The notes under the pieces were generated by a model. It had not been told where the DNA came from. It saw nothing but the letters and a program-made list of their open reading frames with translations, and did no database searches. DNA of 55,956 bases, filler included, from Platydemus manokwari (lineage: Eukaryota): NCBI GenBank assembly GCA_037951405.1. It is 5 parts of 5 records of this genome, joined end to end, with 100 filler letters (N's around TTAATTAATTAA, not from the genome) between each part and the next. Parts side by side here need not be neighbours in the genome. Positions count along the whole stretch, not along the records: positions 37,489 to 46,391 come from JBBMOY011332316.1; positions 46,492 to 55,956 come from JBBMOY011225543.1; 3 more parts are not named here. One strand, written 5' to 3'. The position numbers and the translations under genes were made by a program. The stretch's first letter is position 1. Each line of letters opens with the position of its first letter. Shown here in pieces: positions 37,741 to 49,479 of this stretch.

Positions 37741-39780
37741 TGTCATGCCCTGAAGAGATTTATCAGTAATGAAAAACCGCGACCCATTGTGGTATAGAAG
37801 CTAAGGAAATATGATTTTAGAACTCACAAATTTAGTTACGACTTTGTAAGGTTCAGTATTCACTGACAAAAATTACCTCTCGGAGAATGATATCAGCTGA
37901 TTGGTATAACAATTGAAATTTACCATTTAGAAATATTGATTGAACGCTGAAAAATAATCCGGAATATGTGGAATAAAAATAGCCGAGTACTAGAGTTACC
38001 TGATAGTAGACGAATATTGTAATTGACTTGAACTTGACTGAGAATAGCATAGTTTCGACTTTAATTAATAATCTCTGTGAGCTCGTCGTTTTGTGGCGAA
38101 AATACCGAATTTTACTTCAGTATTTATAGGGATTTGGGATCCGGGCGCATGATTAATTTTATATTTGATTTGTTAATTCCCTTAGTAATATCCACCGTTA
38201 TCATGCCAATTTGGATTTAAATTTGAATTTCTAAAACTCTTTCTGATTGCCATGGCAAAGAGAATAAATAATTATTTTTTCAAAAATTTTATGGGTATTA
38301 CTAATATAATTCCGCCCACACGCCTACATTTTAATTAATGTGGGTTTATTGTTATTATTTATTATTATCATGTAGTATATATTATTATTATTATTATGTA
38401 GTTTATTATATTGAGGCTTGCAGCCTGCGTGGGTATTATCCCAACATATAACCCCCCCCTTTAAGATTTTCGTCCCGAAAATTAGAACAGTAGAAAAATG
38501 AGGTAAGTTCACGACAGCTTTTACATAGAATACAACTGAATAAAATAATGAATACAGTTTACAAACAAATTGTGGTTTTAAATCATGCAAGCACAAAATT
38601 GATGGTCACAATAAGCTAAAGAGTAAAGATAATCGTCGATGAATCACAACAGAGTTAATGATAATTGTCACAAATATAAGTCCTCCTCTCCTGTTAGGTC
38701 CATTGAAACTCGGGATTCGGAAGTTTCCGCTGCTGGTATCGCTTTGAGGTCCGGTACTCCAGGAAAATGGTTTTCTTCATTATCTTGTCGGTATAGTGAA
38801 CACCTGCTATGTGTCATTCGTAGTCGTATTCTTTAATTACTTTTGCTATTTTGTCCGAAACCTTTGTTTTCTTCGGGCACGGTTTGTTGGTTCTTTTTGG
38901 AAGCAACCAGATGCTTCTTTTTCCGGATGTTGATGGTAATTTGGTGAACGTACTTGGTCCGTATTCTTCGGAATCCATATCGACTTCCATAGGGTTAACT
39001 TTTTTGTTTTCTTTTTCTTGATGTTTCTTTTTGTTCATACTACCTAGGAGACTTGGTGCCATAATTGGATCTAATTTCGTTAATACGAATCTAGGTACAG
39101 TGGCCGCATTAATCGTTTGTAGCGCTGGCGCTGATGGGGCACTTTTCTCCTGTTAACTTATGGACTTTTGAGTTTGTTCCTCATCTATTACCAAGTCACT
39201 CATTAATTCATCCTCTTCGATCTCCATAGTGTGTTCTATTACGTTCTGCGCCTGGTCCTGCCATGTCGGTTCTAGGTTAAGATACAGCTGCCTTATTACT
39301 TTCTTATTTCTGCGATAAAGTCCGAAAGCCTGTCTAAAACGTAATTAGGCATAACGGCCTTGCAAATCTTCGACCATTTATAGGCTTTGCTGGTCACAAA
39401 ACCTCTACTGGTTAGACTTTGTATCCTTGCAATGTCACGGATGCCAATTAGATGATCCCGGTTGATCCCGCATGCTTCTAATGCGTCCGCTATCTTGTAC
39501 CCAATGATTATTTTTCCTTGTGTGATTTCTCTTAGTTTATGTTGACAGAGGACTTCGTCCCACTGTCCTATAATATCCTTTTCTGTGATGACGTCTGCTC
39601 CGTCGTTCTTCCAATGTCGAATTTGTCGCCGGAGTGCGACTCTGGAATTTATTATCACATTTCACTGGTAGTTTAGTACGATGATTGCTACTAAGGAATT
39701 TTCAGTTTCCTGCGCGCACTTAGGAACAGGATTTTGGTTCTGAGTTCCGCTTCTGACATGGGTATTCTGATAAATCCATT
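37741..39780 (-). mobile_element. 3' portion of a Gypsy-type LTR retrotransposon: extra ORF region, PPT and ~706-bp 3' LTR (38446-37741)
   Basis: Minus strand CGGGACGAAAATCTTAAAGGGGGGG (PPT), then TGTTGGG at 38446. CTATAAATA TATA box near 38125. Probable end GGGCATGACA at 37741. GC-richer coding-like interior. Confidence 0.75.
39296..39780 (-). pseudogene. REX4/DEDDh exonuclease-fold ORF inside the LTR element
   Basis: KILFLSA../ENSLVAIIVLNYQ*NVIINSRV...LREITQGKIIIGYKIADALEACGI....IGIRDIA parallels REX4 AIDCE../ARVSIVN..G.V..D..V...GKILVGH....DL..L......IRDTA. Confidence 0.5.
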
Positions 39781-40782
39781 GACAAGTTTTAAAAGCACTT
39801 ATAATTATCAATTTAATTCTATAAAGAGCTGCATCAATAATAGCAAAATCGTGAATTTATCGATAAAAATTAATGTAGCTGATCAATTGTGTTTAATTAT
39901 TTAATATATTAACGAAGTAAAAATTGATTTGCTTGAAAGACTCTAAACAACCATAAATTTAATATAATTATTTAATCTCTAAAAAAGCAATAAAAGGCTT
40001 AATTTTTTAAATCAAGCGATGAAATCAGAAAATCACGTGATTACCGGATATCTATATTATAAAATAGCAGTTAGTCTTCTATAATAACAAGGTTTTATTG
40101 TGACGAGTTATGGCACAAAAGACATAATATCGGTATAATAACCGACAACTATGCTAATAAATAAGCATCTGACTCTCAATGATATCGTTTGTATTAATGA
40201 TCAAAGGGTTGAGAATTGTACTCCAAAGAACATACGTTTCAATAAATATAATATTGTCTTTGGTAAATGCGAATGGCAGCTAATTAAACAATGATATCTG
40301 CTAAATAAATGGTTCAAATATAAAACAGATATAACACAAACAAAATCAATGAAAGCAAATGAATACAATTGTTTTTATTGCTGAATAAATAACTTTGATA
40401 AGCTCGATAATACATAAAAATTGTAAATGTGTTTGCCGTGACCCATATTCTTAAAATAAAAACTACCGTTTGTGTCACCTAAGGTCCGAGAGCCAGCTAC
40501 TTTTGATAAAAAGACGACGAGATATATCGTAAATTTAAATAAAATAATCGTAAATCCGTCGAATAACCTTTGAAGAATATATTAAACTGTTTGAAAAATG
40601 ATGAAAAAGTTTCTGAGAATTTATTCCAATATTTGGTTAAAATAGCTACTGAAAAATGAATTATTCCGATTTAATATCAGATATCGTGCGGAATGTGGAA
40701 AAGAATAAAGGAATATTTTCGTAATTGATGAAAAGTTATAATCCACAAAATAATACACAAGTTTCTCAAGTATACTCTACGG

Positions 40783-40887
40783 CAGGGGTGACCAATCGGT
40801 CGACCTTGAAGCCAATTTTAGTCTATCGTGTGAGATATTATTCAAATGAAAAGTCGATCTTACGTACACAAAAGTTGGCCACCTCTG
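40783..40887. mobile_element. 105-bp hAT MITE
   Basis: TIRs CAGGGGTGACCAA / TTGGCCACCTCTG. Perfect 8-bp TSD CTCTACGG (40775-40782, 40888-40895). Confidence 0.88.
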
Positions 40888-40949
40888 CTCTACGGTATAA
40901 TTTTGCACAAATTTCTAAGAGATCAATTAGCTTATAAAGTTTAACTGTC

Positions 40950-41135
40950 TTTGTTTAAATTTACTTTGTTTTGTCTGTCTTTATCTAGATTACGAGAGAA
41001 AAGTTGTATCGATATCTGCGTATTTGTTCTGCCATTCGATCATAGTAAGACCTCTGCTTATTTGAGAGAAGCATCAGTTAAAACTGGAACAATCCCAAAC
41101 AATAACTTGTTAAAATTTGGAAACAATCTTTTTAT
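40950..41135 (-). mobile_element. Gypsy RNase H remnant
   Basis: LFPNFNKLLF, VLTDASLK*AEVLL, IQLFSRNLDKDRQN, compared with L..PDF.KPF, TDAS..G.GAVL.Q, I.F.SR.L...Q.NY. Confidence 0.45.
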
Positions 41136-42572
41136 TCTATTTTGATGTCATATTATTTGAGCATTCGGGTATGCTCCAGAAAGCCATGTTTTCGAATAAT
41201 TAATTAATTTTCAGTGCTAGAAAAGAATTCGATAATGACGAAGACTTATATTCGAATATTATAGATGACAAGTCTCAAACATAATATTATCATAATAGAA
41301 TAATTATATTAATATTATACTAATTTTTTAATTACTATTATCATTATAACTACTAATATTACCAGAAATTATTGTTATAAATTTTATTGTTTAATAACAA
41401 ATATAACAGTTATTTGAGATAAACCAATATTTCGGCTTGTCTTTATGCTTTGTGTGACTGGAATTGAATCTTATGAAATCAATAAGGAATGGGTTATACT
41501 GCACCAGTTCGGTCAACAATAACAGAATCACAACAAATGAAAACTATAAAACCAGAAGACATTAACATATGATACGTGGTTGAAAAAATATTTGATCAGA
41601 TCAAATAATCTAATTGAACTTATATTTAAATAAAATTACCACATTTACTAAACTTGGTATTTTTCAAGAATGCAATAACAATTTATTTTAATAATTAAAA
41701 ACTTTTTATTAGATTATTATATACAGTAAAAAATCAGAAATTCAAAAATAGGATAAATTCAGATAAAGATATTGAAGAAGGCAAAGGCTGGAATAATGGT
41801 CGATTTTAAACGAATTATTTTAGTTTCTTACTTGGAAACTTATAAATCTAAAACGAATAATATGCTGTCACAGATGGCAACATTATTTTAAAAATCATTG
41901 ATAATAATAATAAATGTTATCATTCCATTATTAAGCCAGTTGTTTAGAAAAATAAATTCACATATTGTAATCCTTATGTCGACATTTTCACAAAATTTTT
42001 CATATTATAAAAATAAAATGTTAATTATTTATTGATAATTGTTGTACAGAATCTGTCAATAACTTTTACAATTCTCCAAAAATTATATCACCAGAAAAGG
42101 TGCGTTATCGATCAAATAATTCGAATTTCCAGCACAATTCCCACACAATAAACACTATAAATATCGTAAAATCGTTTAATACATCAATAAAGTGGCGATG
42201 TTGATGAAAATGATGAGTTTTCCATATCCCGATAATTTATTAAGTCAGCTGACTGACAAATCAGATGATGAGATAATCATAGGCGAAGAAAGGGAAAGCG
42301 TAGATAAAATTTGTTTAAGTCACACTTGAAAATGTGCAAATTATTCAAAATTCACAACAACAAAACCCAATCATGTCATAACACATCACAGAATATAAAT
42401 AATAATGATGATTCTCGCACAGAAAGGTTAATGATTTGTTAGAACGATTCAACGAATAGCGCCAGTGGAATGGGTCACAACAAGAGAAATGGAACACTAT
42501 ACACAATCGATACACAATATATAAAATAATAGATGTAATTGGTCGGTAAGAGAATAAAAATCGAGAAGAAAA

Positions 42573-45500
42573 TTATGAACACGATAGAGACGGTCGTTGA
42601 CTACAAACCTCTCTCATGAGTGGACTAAGGCCGTCAAGAGACAGAAGTTTGGCGAACTCATTCATCCTGATTTCGAGAGTGCAAATGTCAATGAAGCTCA
42701 TCAACATTCTAGAGAAATGTAACACAGCCGCACCAGATGATTGGTTTTTCAAACGCAAATAACGCATCAAAAAACATGAATATTTATTTCTCGTTAGCTT
42801 GACTGACATGCGCATCTCATGAGGCAGACTGTCATGGTCGAATAACTTGATTGCAAGAATGAGAACCTGAAAATGAACCAATTTTCATATCATAAAGAAC
42901 ATGTATAAAGATATTCCATTATTGGGTAATATCTTTACTCGGTGACCGAGAGTACCATTTGGATCTTTGGATGTTTTATTCCTTCTCAATAAACAAAAAA
43001 GGGATATGCCAATATGAAATAAAAATCAGAATAAAACAGGTCCCAGGGGAAATAGTGAATCTTAATGAAATGGATTAGGTTTCGAATCCATAAATGAATG
43101 AGTTATTATATAATATATTTGAGGTTCTATCTAATACCAACGAATTATCTATTAGAATACCAATAGTCCTCATAATATTAACAGTTATAATTTCCCTTCT
43201 TTTTCTGGAAGCCGTGAAAAATAATCGAAAACAGAAAACCATGATGTTTATGAGAAATATAAGAATAATAGATATTTCTATCACATATTCCTAGTTATCT
43301 GTATTTAAAACATAACTATTCAGTATATTCGAGTGGTTTGATGATATCTGTACATCTTATGTCTGACTGCTATCTGTGTTGCTGCTATACATTGTTGTTG
43401 TATTTAAATAAATGTTATAATTTTAATTCCAAATTATAAAAATGTTTAGGATCGAGAAATAAAAGACAAATTTTATCACAACGCCTGATAATAGTTGAAT
43501 TTTTAAACTGAAAAATTGTTTAAGGAAAAATATAAACATTTAGTAATATATAATGAAAAAATAATATTAGCATTTTGAACTGAAAAATATTATTATATAA
43601 GCATTTTTATAAACAATATTATATAATTGGAGCTAATGGAGTTGGGGGAGAATGATTATAATAACTATTTATCAGTAATATATTTGTAAATGTCTACAGG
43701 TCAAATCATAATTGGCAAATAATACATAAACCCTATCGATTGATCGATTGTGTAGGCATTTCTACTCATTAATATAGAAATTAATATTTATAAATTCAAC
43801 CCAATGCCTGATTTCGTAATTATTTACATATGGACACCGATGGCATATTAATGCTATGTTTTGAGTATATAGCTCTACATGAAAATCATTTTACCATGGA
43901 AACGCTTTGTTAGGACAAGTTCTTGAATATATTCACAATTAATAATGGATTAACAATACTCTATATTCACTAAATTAAATATTTATATTTTATTTAATCA
44001 TTAAGCTTTCAAGTTTTATTCGAATTTTGAACCTTTTATATGCATTTCTTTATTTTTCGTTTGGCATTTTACATTCATTGATTAAACTTTTAAAACCAAA
44101 ATTTGTTTTAATTAATTTAATTTTGGGTGTAATTTTATTTAAATGTAATCATTATTTTGATAAAGACTCCGATTGAAATATCCATTCGATGGATATAATA
44201 AACTTGTAATATTTGCATAACATCTTGATATAAAATATCAAAACTTCATTTTTAACCATTGTAAGTCGCTACTGTTTTAAAAAACACACATCGAAAAGTG
44301 TCGACACCAGATTATATAATTAAATACATTTATTTAAACAAATTAATCTAATTTTATATAAAATCAAATCATTAAAAATTTTAATTCAATTTAGAATTCT
44401 TACAACCATATTTAAATAAAATAATAGTTTTGAGAGTGATATCTAGATATTGAATTAAAACATGTATTCATGATCCAATTGTAAATTAGAGCGAATGGGG
44501 ATGGCTGTGTGATCAAACCAAATAGTAAGCGAATTATGATAACATTTTATACTGATAAATAATGGATAATTTTAACAGAGAAATTGTATTGTTGAAAATT
44601 AAAAATAATTACAAGATTTGTTCACAGACGATGGCTAATAACACTCAAAATTTTGGATTTTGTTAAAAATAGCCATTCAATAAGACACCCTCAACTATAT
44701 TTTATAGTATTTCAACCAGTATATCTAAATTGGATCTATTATCAGCAACTCAATGGATCATCGATATCATCGCTGTAATCACCATAACAATTATATGGCT
44801 ATTATGAAGACAGAATCGAATGTAAATTAGTCGAGATAAAGAGAGATATACAACAAATTTACAGGAGTAAGTAATATCGAGGATGATTAAAAGGAGTGTT
44901 AATTGATCGAATTATTAAATAATAATAATAAATCACATGGAAAAATAATTGTAAAGCTGCTATATTGATGGACTGTGATAAACAAACCCACATAGACCAT
45001 ATAGTTGCCATTATATCATATATGTAATAATAATGCAAATATAATAAATAAACATAATAAATTCATTTATAATACAACCAAATGATGAAATAATGCAACT
45101 AGTTCATATCAAACATGATTGATCTCGTGTTGGCAACAGCATTTTCCTTGAATATTATGTGATTGTTGGCGATTGTGAGAATAATAAAATTGAATTCAAT
45201 TTTTGAAGATTTAATTTTATATAGAATTTGAATTTATATGAAATTTAGTTTTATATAAAATTAGATTAATTTGTTTAAATAATTGGGTTTAAATAAATAA
45301 TTGTTATCGTGATTTTTCAGTTCGTTTTTAAATAGTATCGGCTTACATGGCAACCCCGCATCTGTATTCGATTCTGAGAAGATCCATGACTGTCAATTAT
45401 GGAAAATATGCAGGAAGATAATTAATAGATATAAAAAAGATAGAAGAATTAGAGATTTTTACATAGATAAATATGTAGAGTATTCGATACAATGCCGATT

Positions 45501-46121
45501 AAGAATACAAAGAAAATCAAAGATATTAAAGAAAGGGGATGTGAAAATATAAAAATTGAAAGAAATTTTAGAAGATTTAATTTTTTATAAAATTAGATTA
45601 ATTTGTTTAAATTATTGTATTTAATTAAATAATTATTGTCGTCACTTTTCAGTTCGTTTTTAAGGTGTGGTTTTTACATAGTGGCGGCTTAGAGCGATAA
45701 TTTTTTTTCCAGAAATAATTAATCAATAATTATTAAAACCATTGATAATAAATATTATTTATTGATTGAAATTAATATCAATTATTGATTAACAATTATC
45801 TATCCAATTAAATACCTTCAAAACATCGTCATCCAATGTCAATTCCTGCAACTCGGTAAAAGCTGCAATCGTATTTTCTTTATACAACTCAAAATCCTCT
45901 TGAACTGCTTGTTTTAATGATCCATTTAAATTTAATTGTTCTTTATTGGCGGAGTTTTCATAATTAGATTGACAATCAGAAAATCCCAGATCATTCGGTG
46001 ATACTGAAACCGTGACCTGATGCATTTTACCATCTTCTGATATTACTGGATAACATAATTTGCTGATCTCTTTCTCGAAAAAGAATGAGCTATATATGAT
46101 AATCAATCCATAGATGTTAGT
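42573..46121 (-). CDS. Nuclear receptor ligand-binding domain (NR1/HR96-like), last two exons 46121-45816 and 42866-42573
   Basis: Both exons are phase 0 with TTTCAG acceptors and a GTATTT donor. Spliced product: TNIYGLIIIYSSFFFEKE...FTELQELTLDDDVLK|VLILAIKLFDHD...V...RNKYSCFLMRYL...HFSRMLMSFIDICTL...LSPLMREV, i.e. helices 5-12 with an AF-2 motif. Upstream exons lie beyond the gap. Confidence 0.8.
45174..45693 (+). mobile_element. TRIM, copy 2, in the nuclear receptor intron
   Basis: LTRs 45174-45347 and 45540-45693. PBS TGGCAACCCC, PPT AAAGAAAGGGGA, perfect 5-bp TSD GCGAT. The interior shares ATTCGATTCTGAGAAGAT with copy 1. Confidence 0.88.
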
Positions 46122-46391
46122 CTGAAATATCCAAATGATCCGTAACTATTGAAGATGTTATCATAATTTATCAATAGATATCATATATAATCTGGTGAAT
46201 TCGAGGCATGATTAATAAATTTTAATAATATTTTCAATAATAAAACAAATTTCAATTAAATTTAATTTTTATTAAATCATTAATATACAATGAAATTATA
46301 ATTTATTTTATAAATCGATAATATTACAATATTATAATTTTTAATTAATAAATAATAATAATAATAATAAATAAAACAATATTATAATTAT

Positions 46392-46491
46392 NNNNNNNNN
46401 NNNNNNNNNNNNNNNNNNNNNNNNNNNNNNNNNNNTTAATTAATTAANNNNNNNNNNNNNNNNNNNNNNNNNNNNNNNNNNNNNNNNNNNN
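46392..46491. other. Assembly linker
   Basis: N44-TTAATTAATTAA-N44. Confidence 0.97.
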
Positions 46492-46661
46492 TTCAAAAGA
46501 TGACCGGTTTTTTTGGGATGGCATCCACAAATTGCCCGAAAGATGGGGAAATGTTGTAACTTCCGATGAACATTACTTTGGATAACAGAATGGTACAAGA
46601 TTTTCTTTAATAAACATTCAATTGTTCTAAAAAAATTCCGGTTTTTAAGTTATAGACCCAA
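46492..46661 (+). mobile_element. mariner transposon 3' end
   Basis: SKDDRFFWDGIHKLPERWGNVVTSDEHYFG* (mariner C-terminus), then a TIR-like end ...TTAAGTTATAGACCCAA. Confidence 0.85.
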
Positions 46662-46849
46662 TTTTTTTCAAAAGATTCGACTAAGTTTATTAAATAATTA
46701 TTTATTTGAGTTTTATCTTAAATGTTCATAAAGAAATGTTTGCAAAAGATTCTCAAATTGTATTAAAATGTATACTTTTCTCTGAGTTTGTTAAATTCAT
46801 TAAATCAGCCAACTGGGATGTCAGATATGTTGATAAATGATAACCCAAA

Positions 46850-47510
46850 ATAGTCTTTCTTTCGAAAGCAATTGTCGAGAAAGGCTTTAAATAAAAATAA
46901 AATGTAACAGTGAATAAATAAAAAATAACAATATGAATAATTTAATGAAATAACAAAGAGATACATTAATGTGGCCTTCTCTTCAAACATCAGAGATCAA
47001 ATATCCGAAAAAGTCCAGGATTGTTATTTAAATTTTTGCATAACATAAACTCAATATTCTCTATCTGATGAATAGTTAGTCTGTATTTTAGCACATTGAC
47101 ATATTTGTAGGAGCAAATGAAGTACGAAATTGACGCAAGTGTCTGTAAAAGTGTATAAACTTTTTATGATTTCATACAAGTATTCTCCAATTTCAGACAT
47201 TGAAAGCATCTAACTCGTTTCTGTTTGTCCATGAAACATTGACCGAGGATCGTTGGAATTTTTATAAATTTGTTCATCAATACTTTGTTTATAGTCTTGT
47301 AATGTTGATAATTAAATGGACATCTATTAGGGGTTCCATCAGAATTGAAGGGTTTCTATTTTTATTTCGCATTTTAAAGGTTGACAATACATTGAAAGGG
47401 CTGCAATTCTTTTAACGCTTGCTTTGTAAACTAACTCTTTTGTAGGCTCATCATGATTTGTATGACTGTGATAAACTAAGAGCACATTAACTGTTTTTCT
47501 ACTTGTAGCA
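46850..47510 (-). mobile_element. Decayed MULE transposase remnant
   Basis: HTNHDE-like block and SDGTPNRCPFNYQHYKTI (compare MULE DGTF..CP..F.QLYTI). Confidence 0.35.
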
Positions 47511-48592
47511 GTTATCATACTTAAAGTTTAGAAGATTAATTTGATGACATAAGCAATAATACATCGTGAGCACCTAAATTATTTTTAAATATGCAGAATT
47601 AACACCCTAATTCATTGGGAATAAAAAATAAGAATTTTTAAATGTTTAATTATGATGATATATTAAAGCAATAGGTTTTTGTGAATGGTCAGTAATGTCT
47701 CAACCTAGTTATGGTGACTTTTACGACAAAAAAACTAAAATTCTCGAAAAGTAAAATATTATAAAATAATACATTTTAATTAATTAATTGTTGTTACAAG
47801 ATTTATTCAATACAAATTTGTTGGATTATTAGATTGATTGTGACCTGCTTGGGTCTTAAATATTATTATTATTACTATTGTTATTATTATTGTCATTATT
47901 ATTATATAATTCCAATTATAAAACTATAAATCTAAATATACCAAAAACCTAAATAATGTGAGATAACAATAAGACATTGATTTGAAATGATCTTGGTAAT
48001 GAAAATTTTTGGAATGAAAAAATATTTTCTTAAACCGAAATGTACTGAAATTATGCTGATCATAGACATGATGAGCAGTATTGGTTGTATTATACTCCAA
48101 TAATTATTATTCCAAACCCGTTATCTATATTTTATATTGTTTCAATACATTAATAATTTATGCTAAAATCCAACAATATTTTCAATAAACAAAACTTAAT
48201 AAAATATTTTCATGTATTGAAAATCTGAAAGAATATCATAGATATTTAAATATAGTTATATATAAATATAATAAAGCAGAGTATATTCTAAATAAAATAT
48301 TTAATTGCTTAAATCATTCTGATCATTGTGTACCAAAGCCTTCAAATCATTTTTCCATAGTTGTATTAACAAGTTGGACAGGTAGATAAACAGTAATGTC
48401 AATTGTTTTATGAAGTAAATATTTATATAATTTTTTAGTTAAAAATCATAAATCAATTTAATAACAAGTATTTTGTCTTTCCAAATGAAGATATCGAATT
48501 CAAACAAAATATACTTATATTAGAAAAATGTATTTATTATTTATATTTATTAAAAAAAATTTATGTTAAATTTTAATTACGAATAGTAATTA

Positions 48593-49414
48593 TACCGAGC
48601 GATTCATAATTCTCCGTCTCTAAAACTGAAATAAAACAACAGTAAGAACAAATAACGGTAAATAATAAGCAATTTCAAAGAAATTGTTCAAAACGTTCAT
48701 CGTCTTGCTCCAAACAAAGATTGCATTGTTTTCTGAAGCCGAATAATATTTAGGAACGACTTTTTGATTGATGTTTATTAATTCGTGTGAAATTCCATTT
48801 TGAAGTTCGTTGAGCGTTGTATAATTGTTATGGATTGCATAAACTCGATCTTTGATATAGCTAAATAGCCGAAAGTACAATATCGTGAGGTCTGGATATT
48901 TTGGTGGCCATTCCTTTGGACTTCTACAACCAATCTAACGGTGCACCATCGTGTTGATACCAATGTTGATTGTCATTTCCCATGAAGAACAATATTACCT
49001 TTTGCAAAATTTACCAGCTTATCCTTCATGATTTCATCAGATGGTCTTCCTAATCGCAATCCCAGTAGATAAGTTTTCAGTTTCTTCAAACTTCTGTTTC
49101 CAGTATTACACTGTTGTCCTAGCTGGTTGTGCACGATTGAAATGTTGTTGAAATTCTTGGCAACCTTTGGCACTACTTGGTACACTGTTGCATGGCTAAC
49201 TATAAACACTCTATCTGCAAGCGAAAATTTAACATCACAAACTGCTTCACCCATATTGTAATAATGGAACTGATTAATAAGAAATAAGAAATAAAGTACA
49301 TTAATCAGTGAAAAATAATTGATATCAATCAGTATAAATCTGTGAGTATAAATTATATTGTGTTTTGTTGTTTTATTTTAGTTTCAGAGACGGAGACTTA
49401 TGAATCGGACGGTA
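48593..49414 (-). mobile_element. Tc1/mariner (rosa/DD41D-like) element, internally deleted
   Basis: ~50-bp TIRs TACCGAGCGATTCATAATTCTCCGTCTCT.. / ..AGAGACGGAGACTTATGAATCGGACGGTA flanked by TA. Motifs FSLADRVFIV, WYQHDGAP, WPPKYPDLT.LYFRLFSYIKDRVY. Confidence 0.88.
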
Positions 49415-49479
49415 TATTGCTTATTTTATTTATTAGATCATATAAATATATAAAATAAATTTAATGAATTCAGAATTAC

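Noticed and set aside
48335-48420. Mariner C-terminus-like trace KSFFHSCINKLDR
   Set aside because: Too short and degenerate, with no TIR identified.
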